Shown here piece by piece: positions 1 to 10,029 of a DNA stretch of 64,000 nucleotides (position 1 is the stretch's first letter; every line of letters starts with the position of its first letter). This DNA comes from an uncultured bacterium. Its GTDB lineage: Bacteria > Acidobacteriota > Aminicenantia > Aminicenantales > Saccharicenantaceae. The position numbers and the translations under genes are program-made. Location: positions 34,852 to 98,851 of the forward strand of contig CAWDSL010000018.1 of NCBI GenBank assembly GCA_963805015.1, in the 5' to 3' direction. The notes under the pieces are model-generated. The model was not told the DNA's origin. It saw nothing but the letters and a program-made list of their open reading frames with translations, and did not search any database.

Positions 1-2590
1 GCCTGGTGAGCGGGGGGCCGTCGTCGGGTATTCCATCGCGAACGCCGCGATCGATGTCGAGAGCAAGAACGGCGGATTCGCCTTCTCGACCGGATTGGCA
101 TCGTCCGGCCGCCTCGGCCTGGTCTCGCCTTACCTGGTCGATTCCGAGTTCGCCTTGAGCGCGCCGCGACTCGAGACGGACGGCATCGAGGACAGGGTCG
201 CCGCGCTCGACCTGGCCTTGACCGGCCGCTTCGAGCGCTCCGCCGGCGAGCTCACCGTGTCCCGATTGTCGCTCACGGTCCCCGGCCTCTTGGCTCTCGA
301 CGGCACCGCCTCCGGCATCGCCGGCCGCCACGTCTTCATCGAAACGCAGGCTGGGCTGCACATCGAAGACCTCGAGGCCGCCGCCGGGCTGCTCGGACCG
401 CATCTGCCCCCGGCGCTGCGCGGCTCCAAGCTCCGGGGCCGGGCGGGGCTCTCCGGGAAGTACGTTCTCCAACAATCGAACCCCGAGTCCAAGGATGGGC
501 TCGCCGCGACGCTCACGCTCGAGGGTGTCGAGATCGAATCCGTCTTGGGCGGCCGGCCCCTCCGCCTCCGCGCCGCCGGCCGGGTCGACGCCTCCGGCCC
601 CACGGCGGATCCCCGGTTATCGATCGATCTGAGCGCGTCCCTCGGCCGGATCGCGGCCTCCGGCCTGGCCGTCGCCGGCGCCTCCCTTCATCTTGTCGCT
701 TCGGGTACAAAGGCCGCCGCCGCGATCTCCCGTCTCGACGCGAAGCTCTCCGGCCTCGATCTCGGCCTGGCCGGCGGCCGGACGCTCGCCTTAGGGATCG
801 CCGACATCTCGGCCTCCGGGCGGCTCGACCTGAATTCCCGGGTTCTCTTGCTGACCAGGCTCGATGCCGCCCTCCCCGGCCTCGCGCCTCTCCGGCTCTC
901 GGGCCGCTATGGCTTCGGCCGGGGCGGCGCGATGGAATTCCGGATCGAAAGCCGCGGCCTCGACGTCGCCGCCCTGCGCGGCCTGGCCGCGCCGTTCGTT
1001 CCGGCGGCGCTCGCCGGCTGGGATATCGCCGGTACGGCCGACTTTTCCCTCTCCGCCCGCCGGCCGGCGGGGACGCGGGCCGGCTGGACCGCTTCCGGCG
1101 CCCTCTCCCTCGCCGGGGCCCGGTTCAACGATCCGGCCTTCACCGTCGCCGGCGAAGGTCTCGATCCGGTCGTCACGTTCGAGGCCGCCCGGGCCGCCGC
1201 TTCGCCGGCCGTTTCGTTCACGGGTGGACTCGCCCTCGGCCATGGCGAATCCCTCTGGAAGGCGGTCTACATCTCCTGGAGCGGGCACCCGCTTGCCCTT
1301 GCGGCCGGCGGCCGCTACGACCCCGGCACGGGCGCCGTCGAAGGGCTGACGGTCCGCGCGGACATGTCGACGATCGGCACCGTCGACGTCGCCGGTTCGG
1401 CGGGAACGCTCCCCGCGCCCTCGTTCGACCTGCGGACGGACGCGCGCCTCAGCCTTGGGCCTCTCTACTCGCTCTACACCCAGGCCGGCGTCTCCGAGGA
1501 GACCCGGATGAAGCTCGAGGGCGCGCTCGGCGTATCGCTCCGGCTGCGCAAGGCCGGCGCCGTGCTCTCGGCCGAAGGCCGGATCGCGGTCGCCGGCGCG
1601 AACATCGAGAATCCCGCTTCGAAGACCCTCTTCATCGGCCTCGCCGCCGACGTCCCCGTCCGCTACGAGTCCGTACCCCCGGCTTCCGACGGTTCCCTGC
1701 CCGAAAAGGGCTTCCTGCGTCTCGACGAGTTCCAGTCCCCGGCCCTGACCCTGAAGTCCGTGGAGATCGGCCTGCGCTCCGGGATCAACGCCCTGGGCCT
1801 CGAGCCGCTCTCGCTCGAGCTCTTCGGCGGCCGTCTCGAGCTCGGCCGGACGACCTTCCGCCTCGATCCCGCCACCGGCGCCCTCCGCGGCCTCGGGTCG
1901 CTCGCCCTCCGCGAGATCGACATCGCCCGCTTTCCCATCGCCTCGCCCCAGTTCAAGCTGACCGGCAAGGTCCGGGCCGAATTCCCGGTCCTCGATATCA
2001 GCACCGCTCGCGTCGGCGTCTCCGGCCGCGGCGAAGCCGACGTCTTCGGCGGCAAGGTCGTCCTGCGCGATTTCGCCGTGACGAACCCGTTCACCCGGGG
2101 CCGTTCCATTTCCCTGAACGTCGACCTGGTCGATCTCGACCTGAAGAAGCTCACCGACGAGGTCCCCTTCGGCGAGGTCACGGGCATCGTCCGCGGCGAG
2201 ATCCGCGACCTGGTCATCAGCTACATGCAGCCGGAGCGGTTCACGTTCCGGCTCGAGTCCGTGCCCCGCAAGGGCGTCCCCCAGACCTTCAGCCTCAAGG
2301 CCGTCGACAACCTGACCGTCCTCAGCTCGGGCCAGCAGACGTCGTCCGGGACGGGAGGCTTCTGGATGCGCTTCATCCGCGGCTTCCGCTACGAGAAGCT
2401 GGGCATCGTCAGCACGCTCCGCAACGACACCTTCACCCTCAACGGGACCATCCGGGAGGGCGGGATCGAGTACCTGGTGAAGAAACCGGCGCTTTTTGGT
2501 ATAAGTGTCGTGAACCGGGAACCCGGCAAGGTCATCAGCTTCAAGGAAATGACGGGCCGGCTCAAGAGGGTCGGCCAATCCGATAAATAG
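1..2590 (+). CDS. YdbH/AsmA-like bridge-like (repeating beta-groove) envelope protein, 5' end probably outside the window
   Basis: ORF 95..2590 is almost all alternating hydrophobic beta-strand pattern, with C-terminal LDLKKLTDEVPFGEVTGIVRG...ISFKEMTGRLKRV. It lies directly upstream of a YdbL-like gene. There is no RBS or signal at 95, so the start is likely upstream of position 1. Confidence 0.65.
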   Translation, partial: PGERGAVVGYSIANAAIDVESKNGGFAFSTGLASSGRLGLVSPYLVDSEFALSAPRLETDGIEDRVAALDLALTGRFERSAGELTVSRLSLTVPGLLALDGTASGIAGRHVFIETQAGLHIEDLEAAAGLLGPHLPPALRGSKLRGRAGLSGKYVLQQSNPESKDGLAATLTLEGVEIESVLGGRPLRLRAAGRVDASGPTADPRLSIDLSASLGRIAASGLAVAGASLHLVASGTKAAAAISRLDAKLSGLDLGLAGGRTLALGIADISASGRLDLNSRVLLLTRLDAALPGLAPLRLSGRYGFGRGGAMEFRIESRGLDVAALRGLAAPFVPAALAGWDIAGTADFSLSARRPAGTRAGWTASGALSLAGARFNDPAFTVAGEGLDPVVTFEAARAAASPAVSFTGGLALGHGESLWKAVYISWSGHPLALAAGGRYDPGTGAVEGLTVRADMSTIGTVDVAGSAGTLPAPSFDLRTDARLSLGPLYSLYTQAGVSEETRMKLEGALGVSLRLRKAGAVLSAEGRIAVAGANIENPASKTLFIGLAADVPVRYESVPPASDGSLPEKGFLRLDEFQSPALTLKSVEIGLRSGINALGLEPLSLELFGGRLELGRTTFRLDPATGALRGLGSLALREIDIARFPIASPQFKLTGKVRAEFPVLDISTARVGVSGRGEADVFGGKVVLRDFAVTNPFTRGRSISLNVDLVDLDLKKLTDEVPFGEVTGIVRGEIRDLVISYMQPERFTFRLESVPRKGVPQTFSLKAVDNLTVLSSGQQTSSGTGGFWMRFIRGFRYEKLGIVSTLRNDTFTLNGTIREGGIEYLVKKPALFGISVVNREPGKVISFKEMTGRLKRVGQSDK

Positions 2591-2616
2591 CGACACACCG
2601 CAAGGAGGATGACGAC

Positions 2617-3204
2617 ATGAACAAACGATACGCCCTGGGGACGGTCGCGGCCGTGGGCCTCCTCTTCGTCCTGGCCTGCATCACCGTCAACATCTACTTC
2701 CCGGAAGCCACGGTCAAGCAGGCCGCGGCCGAGATCGTCGACGAGATCCGCAAGACGGAAGGCGAGAAGAAAGGCCCCGAAGCGTCCTTCCAGCCGCCGG
2801 CCCTCCGCGAGGCCGGGCCGTTCACGCTCGTCCCCGCCGCCTACGCCCAGGAGGCCACGAGCGTCTCCACGCCGGCCATCCGGGCCCTCAAGGAGTCGAT
2901 GAGGAACCGCTTCCCCTCGCTCAAGCCCTACTTCGACGCCGGCAACGTCGGCGAAACGAACAAGGGAATGCTCGAGGTCCGCGACGAGGCCGGCCTCAAC
3001 CTCCAGGCCAAGGCGGCCCTCCGCAACGCGGTCCGCGACGAGAACGGCGACCGGACGAAGCTCTACGCCGAGGTGGCCAAAGCCCTCAATATCGAAGCCA
3101 ACCAGATCGAGAAGATCCAGAAGATCTTCGCCGAGGAATGGGCCAAGAGCGCGGCCGCCGGCTGGTGGGTCCAGAAAGAGGACGGCGCCTGGGCCAAGAA
3201 ATAA
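2617..3204 (+). CDS. YdbL-family (DUF1318) lipoprotein with YnbE-like N-terminus
   Basis: RBS AAGGAGG; lipobox VLAC followed by ITVNIYFPEA; DUF1318 motifs GNVGETNKGML, ENGDRTKLYAEVA and GWWVQKEDGAW. Confidence 0.8.
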   Translation: MNKRYALGTVAAVGLLFVLACITVNIYFPEATVKQAAAEIVDEIRKTEGEKKGPEASFQPPALREAGPFTLVPAAYAQEATSVSTPAIRALKESMRNRFPSLKPYFDAGNVGETNKGMLEVRDEAGLNLQAKAALRNAVRDENGDRTKLYAEVAKALNIEANQIEKIQKIFAEEWAKSAAAGWWVQKEDGAWAKK

Positions 3205-3215
3205 CGGCCCGGATC

Positions 3216-3241
3216 GGAACATTCCGCCCCGCGGGTGCGTA
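3216..3241 (+). promoter_or_regulatory. ECF-sigma-type promoter (GGAACA-N16-CGTA)
   Basis: GGAACA at 3216-3221, 16-nt spacer, CGTA at 3238-3241, upstream of the methyltransferase. Confidence 0.5.
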
Positions 3242-3302
3242 GAACCGGGGTGTGGGGGATCTCCCGTTCCCCCGCGAGCCTTTCCGTTCGAGGAGGAGTC
3301 CC

Positions 3303-3968
3303 ATGCTCTTGCGCAACGCCCTTAGCCCCGTCCGTCCGGTCCTCGCCGGCTTAGCCCTCCTGGCCGCGGTCCTGGCCGCGCCGGCCCAGGATCGTCCCAG
3401 CTTGGCGCAATTCGTCATCCATCCCAAGCTCGAGGTCGCCGTGCCCGATTTTCCGGCCGAGGGGCTCATCCTCGACATCGGGGGCGGGGGCGAGGGCGTC
3501 ATCGGCCAGCTCAAGGGCCGGCAGGTCGTCGCCATCGACCTCCTCAAACAGGAGCTCGAGGACGCCCCCGGCGGACCCCTGCTCAAGATCGTCATGGACG
3601 CCCGCGCGCTGGGATTCCTCGACGGCTCGTTCGACACGGCCACCGTCTTCTTCACCTTCATGTACGTCATGCCGGCCGATCACGCCAAGGTCTTCGCCGA
3701 GCTCCACCGTGTGCTCCGGCCCGGCGGCCGCCTTCTCGTCTGGGATCCCGTGTTCCCGGACAAGGCGGCGCCCGAAAAGCCGAAGATCATGTATCCCCTC
3801 CACGTCCGCCTGCCCGGCAAGGAGATCAACACCGGCTACGGCGTCGGCATCCGCGAGGGGCAGGCAGCGAACCACTTCGTGGAGTTGGCGAAAGCGGCCG
3901 GCTTCGAGCTCATCTCCCGGAAGGACGAGGCCGGCTGGTTCCACCTCGAATTCCGGAAGGCCGGCTGA
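3303..3968 (+). CDS. Class I SAM-dependent methyltransferase with predicted signal peptide
   Basis: RBS GAGGAG before ATG 3303; motif I ILDIGGGGEG; FLDGSFDTA; RVLRPGGRL; N-terminus MLLRNALSPVRPVLAGLALLAAVLAAPA-QD. Confidence 0.85.
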   Translation: MLLRNALSPVRPVLAGLALLAAVLAAPAQDRPSLAQFVIHPKLEVAVPDFPAEGLILDIGGGGEGVIGQLKGRQVVAIDLLKQELEDAPGGPLLKIVMDARALGFLDGSFDTATVFFTFMYVMPADHAKVFAELHRVLRPGGRLLVWDPVFPDKAAPEKPKIMYPLHVRLPGKEINTGYGVGIREGQAANHFVELAKAAGFELISRKDEAGWFHLEFRKAG

Positions 3969-3974
3969 TCCGGA

Positions 3975-4586
3975 TCAGGCCTTCTCGACCGGGTGGCGGA
4001 TGATCGTCCGCAGCTTCTCCGGGGCCGAGCGCCGCGGATCGCCCAGGTAGATCTCGTGATGGCGGCCGCGGAGCCGGAGCCCCGACTCCTCGACGAAGCG
4101 GTGCAGCTTTTCGACCGTCGCCGCCTCCGCCGCATAGGGGCCGACGTGCATGACCTGGGCGGCCAGGCCCTCGACGAACCTCTCGAAGCGGATCCCCGGA
4201 AAGCGGGGGAATTTCGCCTTCTTCTTGACCGCGTCGACGGCGGCCGAGACGTCTTTTTTGGTCACCACGTCCGGCAGGACGATGAGGATGGTCCACTTCC
4301 ATTCGTCACGCTTGTCGCTCATGAAGACGGAGGGATCGTCGGCGCACCAGAGGCCCTCGAGGGCCATGACCGGGTAGTCGACGGCCTTCTCCTTCTTGAA
4401 GGTGAACTTGAGCGTGTAGGCGACGCTGTAGAGGGTGCCCACGGCCTCCTGGAAGACCGGGCTGTTCGGATCGCCGGTGCCGTCGACCATGAGGGCGTTC
4501 AGGGGCGGAACGTCGACGAGCGCGGGCTTGGCCGCCGAAGCCGTGTAGAAGGGCTTGAGGATCTTCTTGAGATCGATGGTCTTCAT
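3975..4586 (-). CDS. GyrI-like small-molecule-binding protein
   Basis: Start MKTIDLKK at 4586 with AGGAG RBS; motifs DGTGDPN, LEGLW, HVGPYAAE and HHEIYLGDPRR. Confidence 0.85.
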   Translation of the reverse strand: MKTIDLKKILKPFYTASAAKPALVDVPPLNALMVDGTGDPNSPVFQEAVGTLYSVAYTLKFTFKKEKAVDYPVMALEGLWCADDPSVFMSDKRDEWKWTILIVLPDVVTKKDVSAAVDAVKKKAKFPRFPGIRFERFVEGLAAQVMHVGPYAAEAATVEKLHRFVEESGLRLRGRHHEIYLGDPRRSAPEKLRTIIRHPVEKA

Positions 4587-4603
4587 GGCGCCGCTCCTGG
4601 CCG

Positions 4604-5569
4604 TCAAAGGGGCTTGACCGGGACGTAGAGGTCGAAGACGAAATGCGGCCTCTTTTCCGTGCCCGACGGCTCGCCGACGTAGGACTCGAAGGCCGGGGCG
4701 TCGTCCGGCTGCCAGCCGCTCTTCGGCAGCCAGCCCCCGTACATGGCCTCGTAGGCTTTCCGGAAGATCCCGGCTCCTCCGGAGAACCGGCCGACAGCGT
4801 ACTTTCCCGAACGGAGCGTCATGAGGCCGACGCGCCCGTCGGGCTCGGCCCGGTCGTTGACGACGACGCAGGCGTAGTAGCGGCACTTGTCCTTGGGCGT
4901 GACGTCGGGACTGTCCAGAGATACGCCCAGAACGCGCGCCTCCGGGCCCATGAAACCCCGGGGGCCCGCCCAGCAGAACAGCGTCTCGAAGGCTTCGCCG
5001 ATGCCGGCGCTGTCCTCATACCCTTTCATGTGCTTGACGTAGGCCACCCGCAGGGGCGGAACGTCCTCGATCCTGACGGCCGGCGTTTTGGTCATATCGG
5101 TCCTCCGTTCCGGTTTTATCGTTCGGTCGGGGACACGATACGCCGCCCGGGGGGGGCCGTCTTTTCGGTCCTTGCGGACCTGTTGTCCGTTCTTGCGCTT
5201 TTTGTAGCCGCCGCCGCGCCAGACCGTCGGGGTCATCCCGAATTGGGACCGGAAAAGCCGGCAGAACAAGGCCGAGGTCGAGAAACCGCAGGCCAGGGCG
5301 ATCTCCGTGACGGGGACGGACGGGTCGTTGACGAGCCGTACGGCCGCCTTCTCCAGGCGCAGCCGGCGGACGTATTCCGCCGGGGGCTCGCCGACGATGG
5401 CGGAGAAGATCCGGTGGAAGTGGAAGGGCGAGAAGCAAGCGATCGCGGCGAGCTTGCCGAGCGAGACATCGTCGCCGAGGTTCCGGTCGATATAGTCGAG
5501 CGCGGCGTTGAGCCGCCGGGCGTACTCCTTGCGGGTTCGCGCGGACGCCCGATTCACGGCTTTGTCCAT
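4604..5569 (-). CDS. AraC-family transcriptional regulator with C-terminal GyrI-like effector domain
   Basis: FSPFHFHRIF, RRLRLEKAA and EIALACGFS HTHs; C-terminal WLPKSGWQPDDAPAFESY; TGCTATAAT extended -10 upstream. Confidence 0.9.
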   Translation of the reverse strand: MDKAVNRASARTRKEYARRLNAALDYIDRNLGDDVSLGKLAAIACFSPFHFHRIFSAIVGEPPAEYVRRLRLEKAAVRLVNDPSVPVTEIALACGFSTSALFCRLFRSQFGMTPTVWRGGGYKKRKNGQQVRKDRKDGPPRAAYRVPDRTIKPERRTDMTKTPAVRIEDVPPLRVAYVKHMKGYEDSAGIGEAFETLFCWAGPRGFMGPEARVLGVSLDSPDVTPKDKCRYYACVVVNDRAEPDGRVGLMTLRSGKYAVGRFSGGAGIFRKAYEAMYGGWLPKSGWQPDDAPAFESYVGEPSGTEKRPHFVFDLYVPVKPL

Positions 5570-5677
5570 GGCCTTCTCCCGGTCGCCCCATTATAGCAGG
5601 GGAGCGAGCCCCAAGTCAGCCGTCCTTGACTCCCGGCGGGCGCTGTATTATGACGGAGGGACCCAAGAGAGTGCCCC

Positions 5678-8600
5678 ATGTCACGCCGCTGCCTCGTGTC
5701 CCTCGCCCTGCTCGCGTTCGTTGTCTTCGTCCCGGCCGCCTGCGGACGAGGTCCTTCGGGTCCCGCCCCCGCCGACCAATTGGCCGCGGGCTTCGCCCGG
5801 CCGCCCGACGAGACCCGGCCCTGGGTCTACTGGATGTGGATGGACGGGAACCTGACCCGGGCGGGCATCACGGCCGATCTCGAGGCCATGCGGGCCGCCG
5901 GCCTCGGCGGCGTCGTTATCTGCGAGGTCAACGTCGGGGTGCCCCGCGGCCCGGTCGAGTTCATGAGCCCGGAATGGCGGGTCTTGTTCAAGCACGTCGT
6001 CCGGGAGGCTGAGCGGCTCGGCCTCGAGGTGACCCTCAACGCCGGCCCCGGCTGGACGGGGTCCGGCGGTCCCTGGGTCGAGCCCGGGGATTCGATGCAG
6101 CACGTCGTCGCCTCCGCGGTCGAGGCCTCGGGTCCGTCGCGCTTCGACGCCGTTCTCCCGCGCCCGGCCCGCCGTCCGGCCTTCTTCGGCGAAGGCGGCC
6201 TGCCGCAGGAGGTCAAGGACCGGATGGACGCCTTCTACCGCGATGTCGCCGTCCTGGCCTTCCCGACGCCGGCGCCCGGTCCCGCGATCGCCGACATCGA
6301 CGAGAAGGCCCTCTACGTCCGGGCGCCCTATTCCTCCCAACCGGGCGTCAGGCCGTTCTTGCCTTCGCCGGCGGATTTCCCCGCCCTTCCCGCGGGCGCG
6401 GCCGTCGATCCGTCGCGGATCGTCGACCTCGGCGATCGGCTAGCGACCGACGGCCGCCTCGCCTGGGACGTCCCCGCGGGCAAGTGGACGATCCTCCGTT
6501 TCGGCCGGACGACCACGGGGGCCAATACCCGGCCCGCGCCGGTCCCGGGTCTCGGCCTCGAGTGCGACAAGCTCGACGCCGCCGCGTTCGACCGCCACTA
6601 CGACGCCTTCGTCGGGGCGCTCCTCCGCGAGATCGGCCCCCGGCGGACGGACGGGAAGGCCGGCTGGACGACGCTCCACATCGACAGCTGGGAGATGGGG
6701 GCGCAGAACTGGACGCCCTCCTTCCGCGAGGAGTTCCGCAAGAGGCGGGGCTACGACCTCCTGCCGTATCTCCCCGCTGTCACGGGCCGTCCCGTGGCGG
6801 ACCTGGAGACGAGCGAGCGGTTCCTGTGGGACCTGAGGCAGACGGCCAACGAGCTCGTCCTCGAGAACCACGCCCTGCGCCTCAAAGAGCGCGGCCGCCG
6901 GGACGGCTTCCGCCTGTCCATCGAGCCCTACGACATGACCCCGTGCGCCGACATGACCCTGGGATCCGCCGCCGACGTGCCGATGGGGGAGTTCTGGCTC
7001 CACGGCTTCAACACGGCCCATGCGGTCGTCGAGGCAGCCGGGATCGCCCACACGGGCGGCAAGACGGTCGTAGCCGCCGAATCCTTCACCTCGGACGACA
7101 CCGAAGCCTGGCGGGCCCATCCGGCCTCGATGAAGGCGCTCGGCGACTGGGCCTTTGCGGCCGGCGTCAACCGCATCGTCTTCCATCGCTACCAGACACC
7201 AGGCCGGACTGGCTCTGCGCCCCGGCCTGACCATGGGGCCCTACGGCGTCCATTGGGAGAGGACCCAGACCTGGTGGGACATGGCCCCCGCTTATCACGC
7301 CTATCTCGCCCGCTGCCAATATATGCTGAGACGGGGGGCGCCGGTGGCCGACGTCTGCTTCCTTGTCGCCGAGGGGGCCCCGCACGCCTTCCGGCCTCCG
7401 GACTCGGCGCTCCGCGGCGATCCGCCAGGATCGGCGAGCTATGCCTTCGACGGCTGTCCCCCGGAGACCCTCCTGGCCTCTGCCGCGGTCGAGAACGGCC
7501 GGGTCGTCTTCCCCGGCGGCGCGAGCTACGCGGTCCTGGTCCTTCCGGAGCGGGAGACGATGACCCCGGCGCTTCTCGCCAAGGTCCGCGACCTCGTCGC
7601 GGCCGGGGCTACGGTCGTCGGGCCGCGGCCGCGCAAGTCGCCGACGCTTTCCGGATTCCCCGCCTGCGACGCGGAGGTCGCGCGGCTGGCCGGCGAGCTT
7701 TGGGGCGATTGCGACGGGGAAAAGGTCACCGAACACGGTTTCGGCCGCGGCCGCGTCGTCTGGATGGGGGAGAGGCGCGCCGGCGAAAGCGCTTCGAGGC
7801 CGGCGCCCGCTCCCGCCGCCGCGCCTTCGATGGGCCGCCCTACCTGGCAGGTCGGGGCCCCGCCCCTCGACGAGCCCCGGCAATACGGCGATTTCACGGT
7901 CGTCGCGGACACTCTCCGGCGGATGAGTGTGGTCCCCGACTTCGCCTCGGACGTGCCCCTGCGCTGGACGCACCGGAGAGAAGGCGGGACCGAGATCTAC
8001 TTCGTGGCCAATCCCGAGGACCGGGTCGTCGAGACGACCGCGCGCTTCCGGGTAGCCGGGCTGCGGCCGGAGCTCTGGGACCCGCTGACGTGCGAGATCC
8101 GGGCTCTGGCCGGCTTCAAGGAACAAGAGGGCATCACGTCCGTGCCGCTCCGGTACGAAGCGTTCCAATCGTTCTTCATCGTCTTCCGCGGCGCGGCCAT
8201 TATCGCCCTGGACGCCCCATCGTCCCCCTCGGCGGCTGCCGCCATCCGCGCGGATTTCCCTATCCCCGCGGAGGTCGCGTCTCTCGAAGGGCCCTGGGAC
8301 GTCGCCTTCGATCCGAACTGGGGCGGACCGGAAAGGATCACGTTCGAGTCCCTCGATGACTGGAGCCTCAGGCCCGAGCCCGGGATCAGATATTATTCGG
8401 GAACGGCCGTATACCGGAAGACGTTCGACATGACGTCCACCGCTCCGGCCGCCGGCGTGCGCCTGTGGCTCGATCTGGGCGACGTGAAGAACATCGCCGC
8501 CGTCCGGCTCAACGGACGGGACCTCGGCGTCGTTTGGTGCGATCCCTGGCGGGTGGAGATCACGGATGCGATCCGCCGCAAAGGCAATCGCCTGGAGGTT

Positions 8601-8852
8601 CGGGTCGCCAATCTCTGGCCCAACCGCCTCATCGGCGACGAGCGCGAGCCGCCGGACGCCGAGTACGCCGCGGGCGGAAACCTGGTCCGCTGGCCGGAGT
8701 GGCTGATCAAGGGGGAGCCGCGCCCCTCGTCCGGCCGCCGGGCCTTCTCCACCTGGAAGCACTTCGCCGCGGACTCGCCGCTGCTCCCCTCGGGTCTTCT
8801 TGGACCGGTAAAGGTCCTTGTGTTATATTCTGGCCGTCGCACTGGCCGATAG
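5678..8852 (+). CDS. GH106 alpha-L-rhamnosidase-like lipoprotein (one frameshift near 7195)
   Basis: RPWVYWMWMDGN, GITADLEAM, HIDSWE, PMGEFW and AAESFT in ORF 5678; continues in ORF 7155 (LARCQYMLRRG, VANLWPNRLIGD, PSGLLGPV). Confidence 0.9.
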
Positions 8853-8871
8853 CCGAGCAAAGGGGGGAGCT

Positions 8872-9324
8872 ATGAACAAGATTGTCCTGGTCCTCTTGGT
8901 GGCAGGCCTGTTCTTGAGCGCCGGCCTTGGCGCGGCCGTCCCGGGGGAGAAGACAACCCAGATCAGCCTCGGCGTGAGCGCCCTGGTCCTGTCCGAGACC
9001 TATTCGAGCGGCTCGAAAGGCATTTATGGTCCGGGGCTGCGGGTCGATTTTAATTTGGGCAAGTCGTTGATCATCGCGCCCGAGGTCTCCGGCGGGGTCG
9101 GCGGCTGGTCCGCCGGCGGCACCGTCAACTTCCGGTCCGGGAAGTTCTTCGCGGGCGCGGGCTATCTGGCGGCCGCTCTCGGAGGGAATTGGGACGAATG
9201 GGGCGTCAATTCCCTATTCAAGCTCCAGATCGGGGCCAAGGGCCCGCACTGGCTGGTCGCCGCTTCGTATGTCACCAACCGCTGGCTCAATGGTTTCGGC
9301 CTGACGGCCGGCTATATATTTTGA
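8872..9324 (+). CDS. Small outer-membrane beta-barrel protein
   Basis: RBS GGGAG; signal peptide MNKIVLVLLVAGLFLSAGLGA; amphipathic strands; C-terminal beta-signal LTAGYIF. Confidence 0.65.
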   Translation: MNKIVLVLLVAGLFLSAGLGAAVPGEKTTQISLGVSALVLSETYSSGSKGIYGPGLRVDFNLGKSLIIAPEVSGGVGGWSAGGTVNFRSGKFFAGAGYLAAALGGNWDEWGVNSLFKLQIGAKGPHWLVAASYVTNRWLNGFGLTAGYIF

Positions 9325-9342
9325 CCGGCCCCGGCCGGTGCC

Positions 9343-9372
9343 TTGACACCCTCGGCCGGCGGGGCCTAGAAT
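9343..9372 (+). promoter_or_regulatory. sigma70-type promoter
   Basis: TTGACA (9343-9348), 18 nt, TAGAAT (9367-9372). Confidence 0.65.
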
Positions 9373-9391
9373 CCGGTCGAGACGCACATCG

Positions 9392-9940
9392 ATGTTGGGA
9401 CTCCTCGCGGCGTTCGGTCTGGCGGCGGCGACGGGCCTCAACGCCTACCTGCCGCTCGTCATTGTCGGCCTTCTGGCCCGCTACACGGACCTGATCGTCC
9501 TGAAAGCGCCGTGGAGCGCGCTCACCCATCCCGTGGTGCTCGCGGTCCTCGGCGTGCTGCTCCTCATCGAGATCACGGTCGACAAGATCCCGGCGGTCGA
9601 CACCGTCAACGACGTCATCCAGACGGTCTTCCGGCCGGCCGCCGGGGCCGTCCTCTTCGCCGCCAGCGGCAACGTCATCAGCCACGTCAGCCCCGTTCTG
9701 GCCATGGTCTGCGGGTTGCTCATCGCGGGCGGGGTCCACACGGCCAAGGCGGTCGCCCGGCCGGCGGTCACGGCAGGCACGATGGGCACGGGTAATCCCG
9801 TCGTCAGCCTGGCCGAGGACGCCGTTTCGGGCGTAACGACGGTCGTCGCCGTCGTGGCTCCCGTCCTGTTGATGCTCCTGCTCCTCCTGGCGGTCTGGCT
9901 ATTCATCCGACGGCATAACCGAAGGGCGGGCAGAAGATAG
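9392..9940 (+). CDS. DUF4126 family membrane protein
   Basis: GLAAATGLNAYLPL, VDKIPAVDTVND and NPVVSLAED motifs. Confidence 0.85.
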   Translation: MLGLLAAFGLAAATGLNAYLPLVIVGLLARYTDLIVLKAPWSALTHPVVLAVLGVLLLIEITVDKIPAVDTVNDVIQTVFRPAAGAVLFAASGNVISHVSPVLAMVCGLLIAGGVHTAKAVARPAVTAGTMGTGNPVVSLAEDAVSGVTTVVAVVAPVLLMLLLLLAVWLFIRRHNRRAGRR

Positions 9941-10029
9941 GACCTCTGGGGGTCCCGAGGGCGGACCTATCCCCTGACGGCGGAAAGGCCTGTCCGCCAG
10001 CCGAAAGACGGAGAGGGGCCCGGGGGGCC

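Noticed and set aside
9971-10018. Hammerhead-ribozyme-like look (CTGA...stem...CGAAA)
   Set aside because: The core reads CUGACGG, not CUGANGA, and stems I and III with a UH cleavage site cannot be formed. It is probably a plain hairpin (GGCGGA/TCCGCC) between convergent genes.
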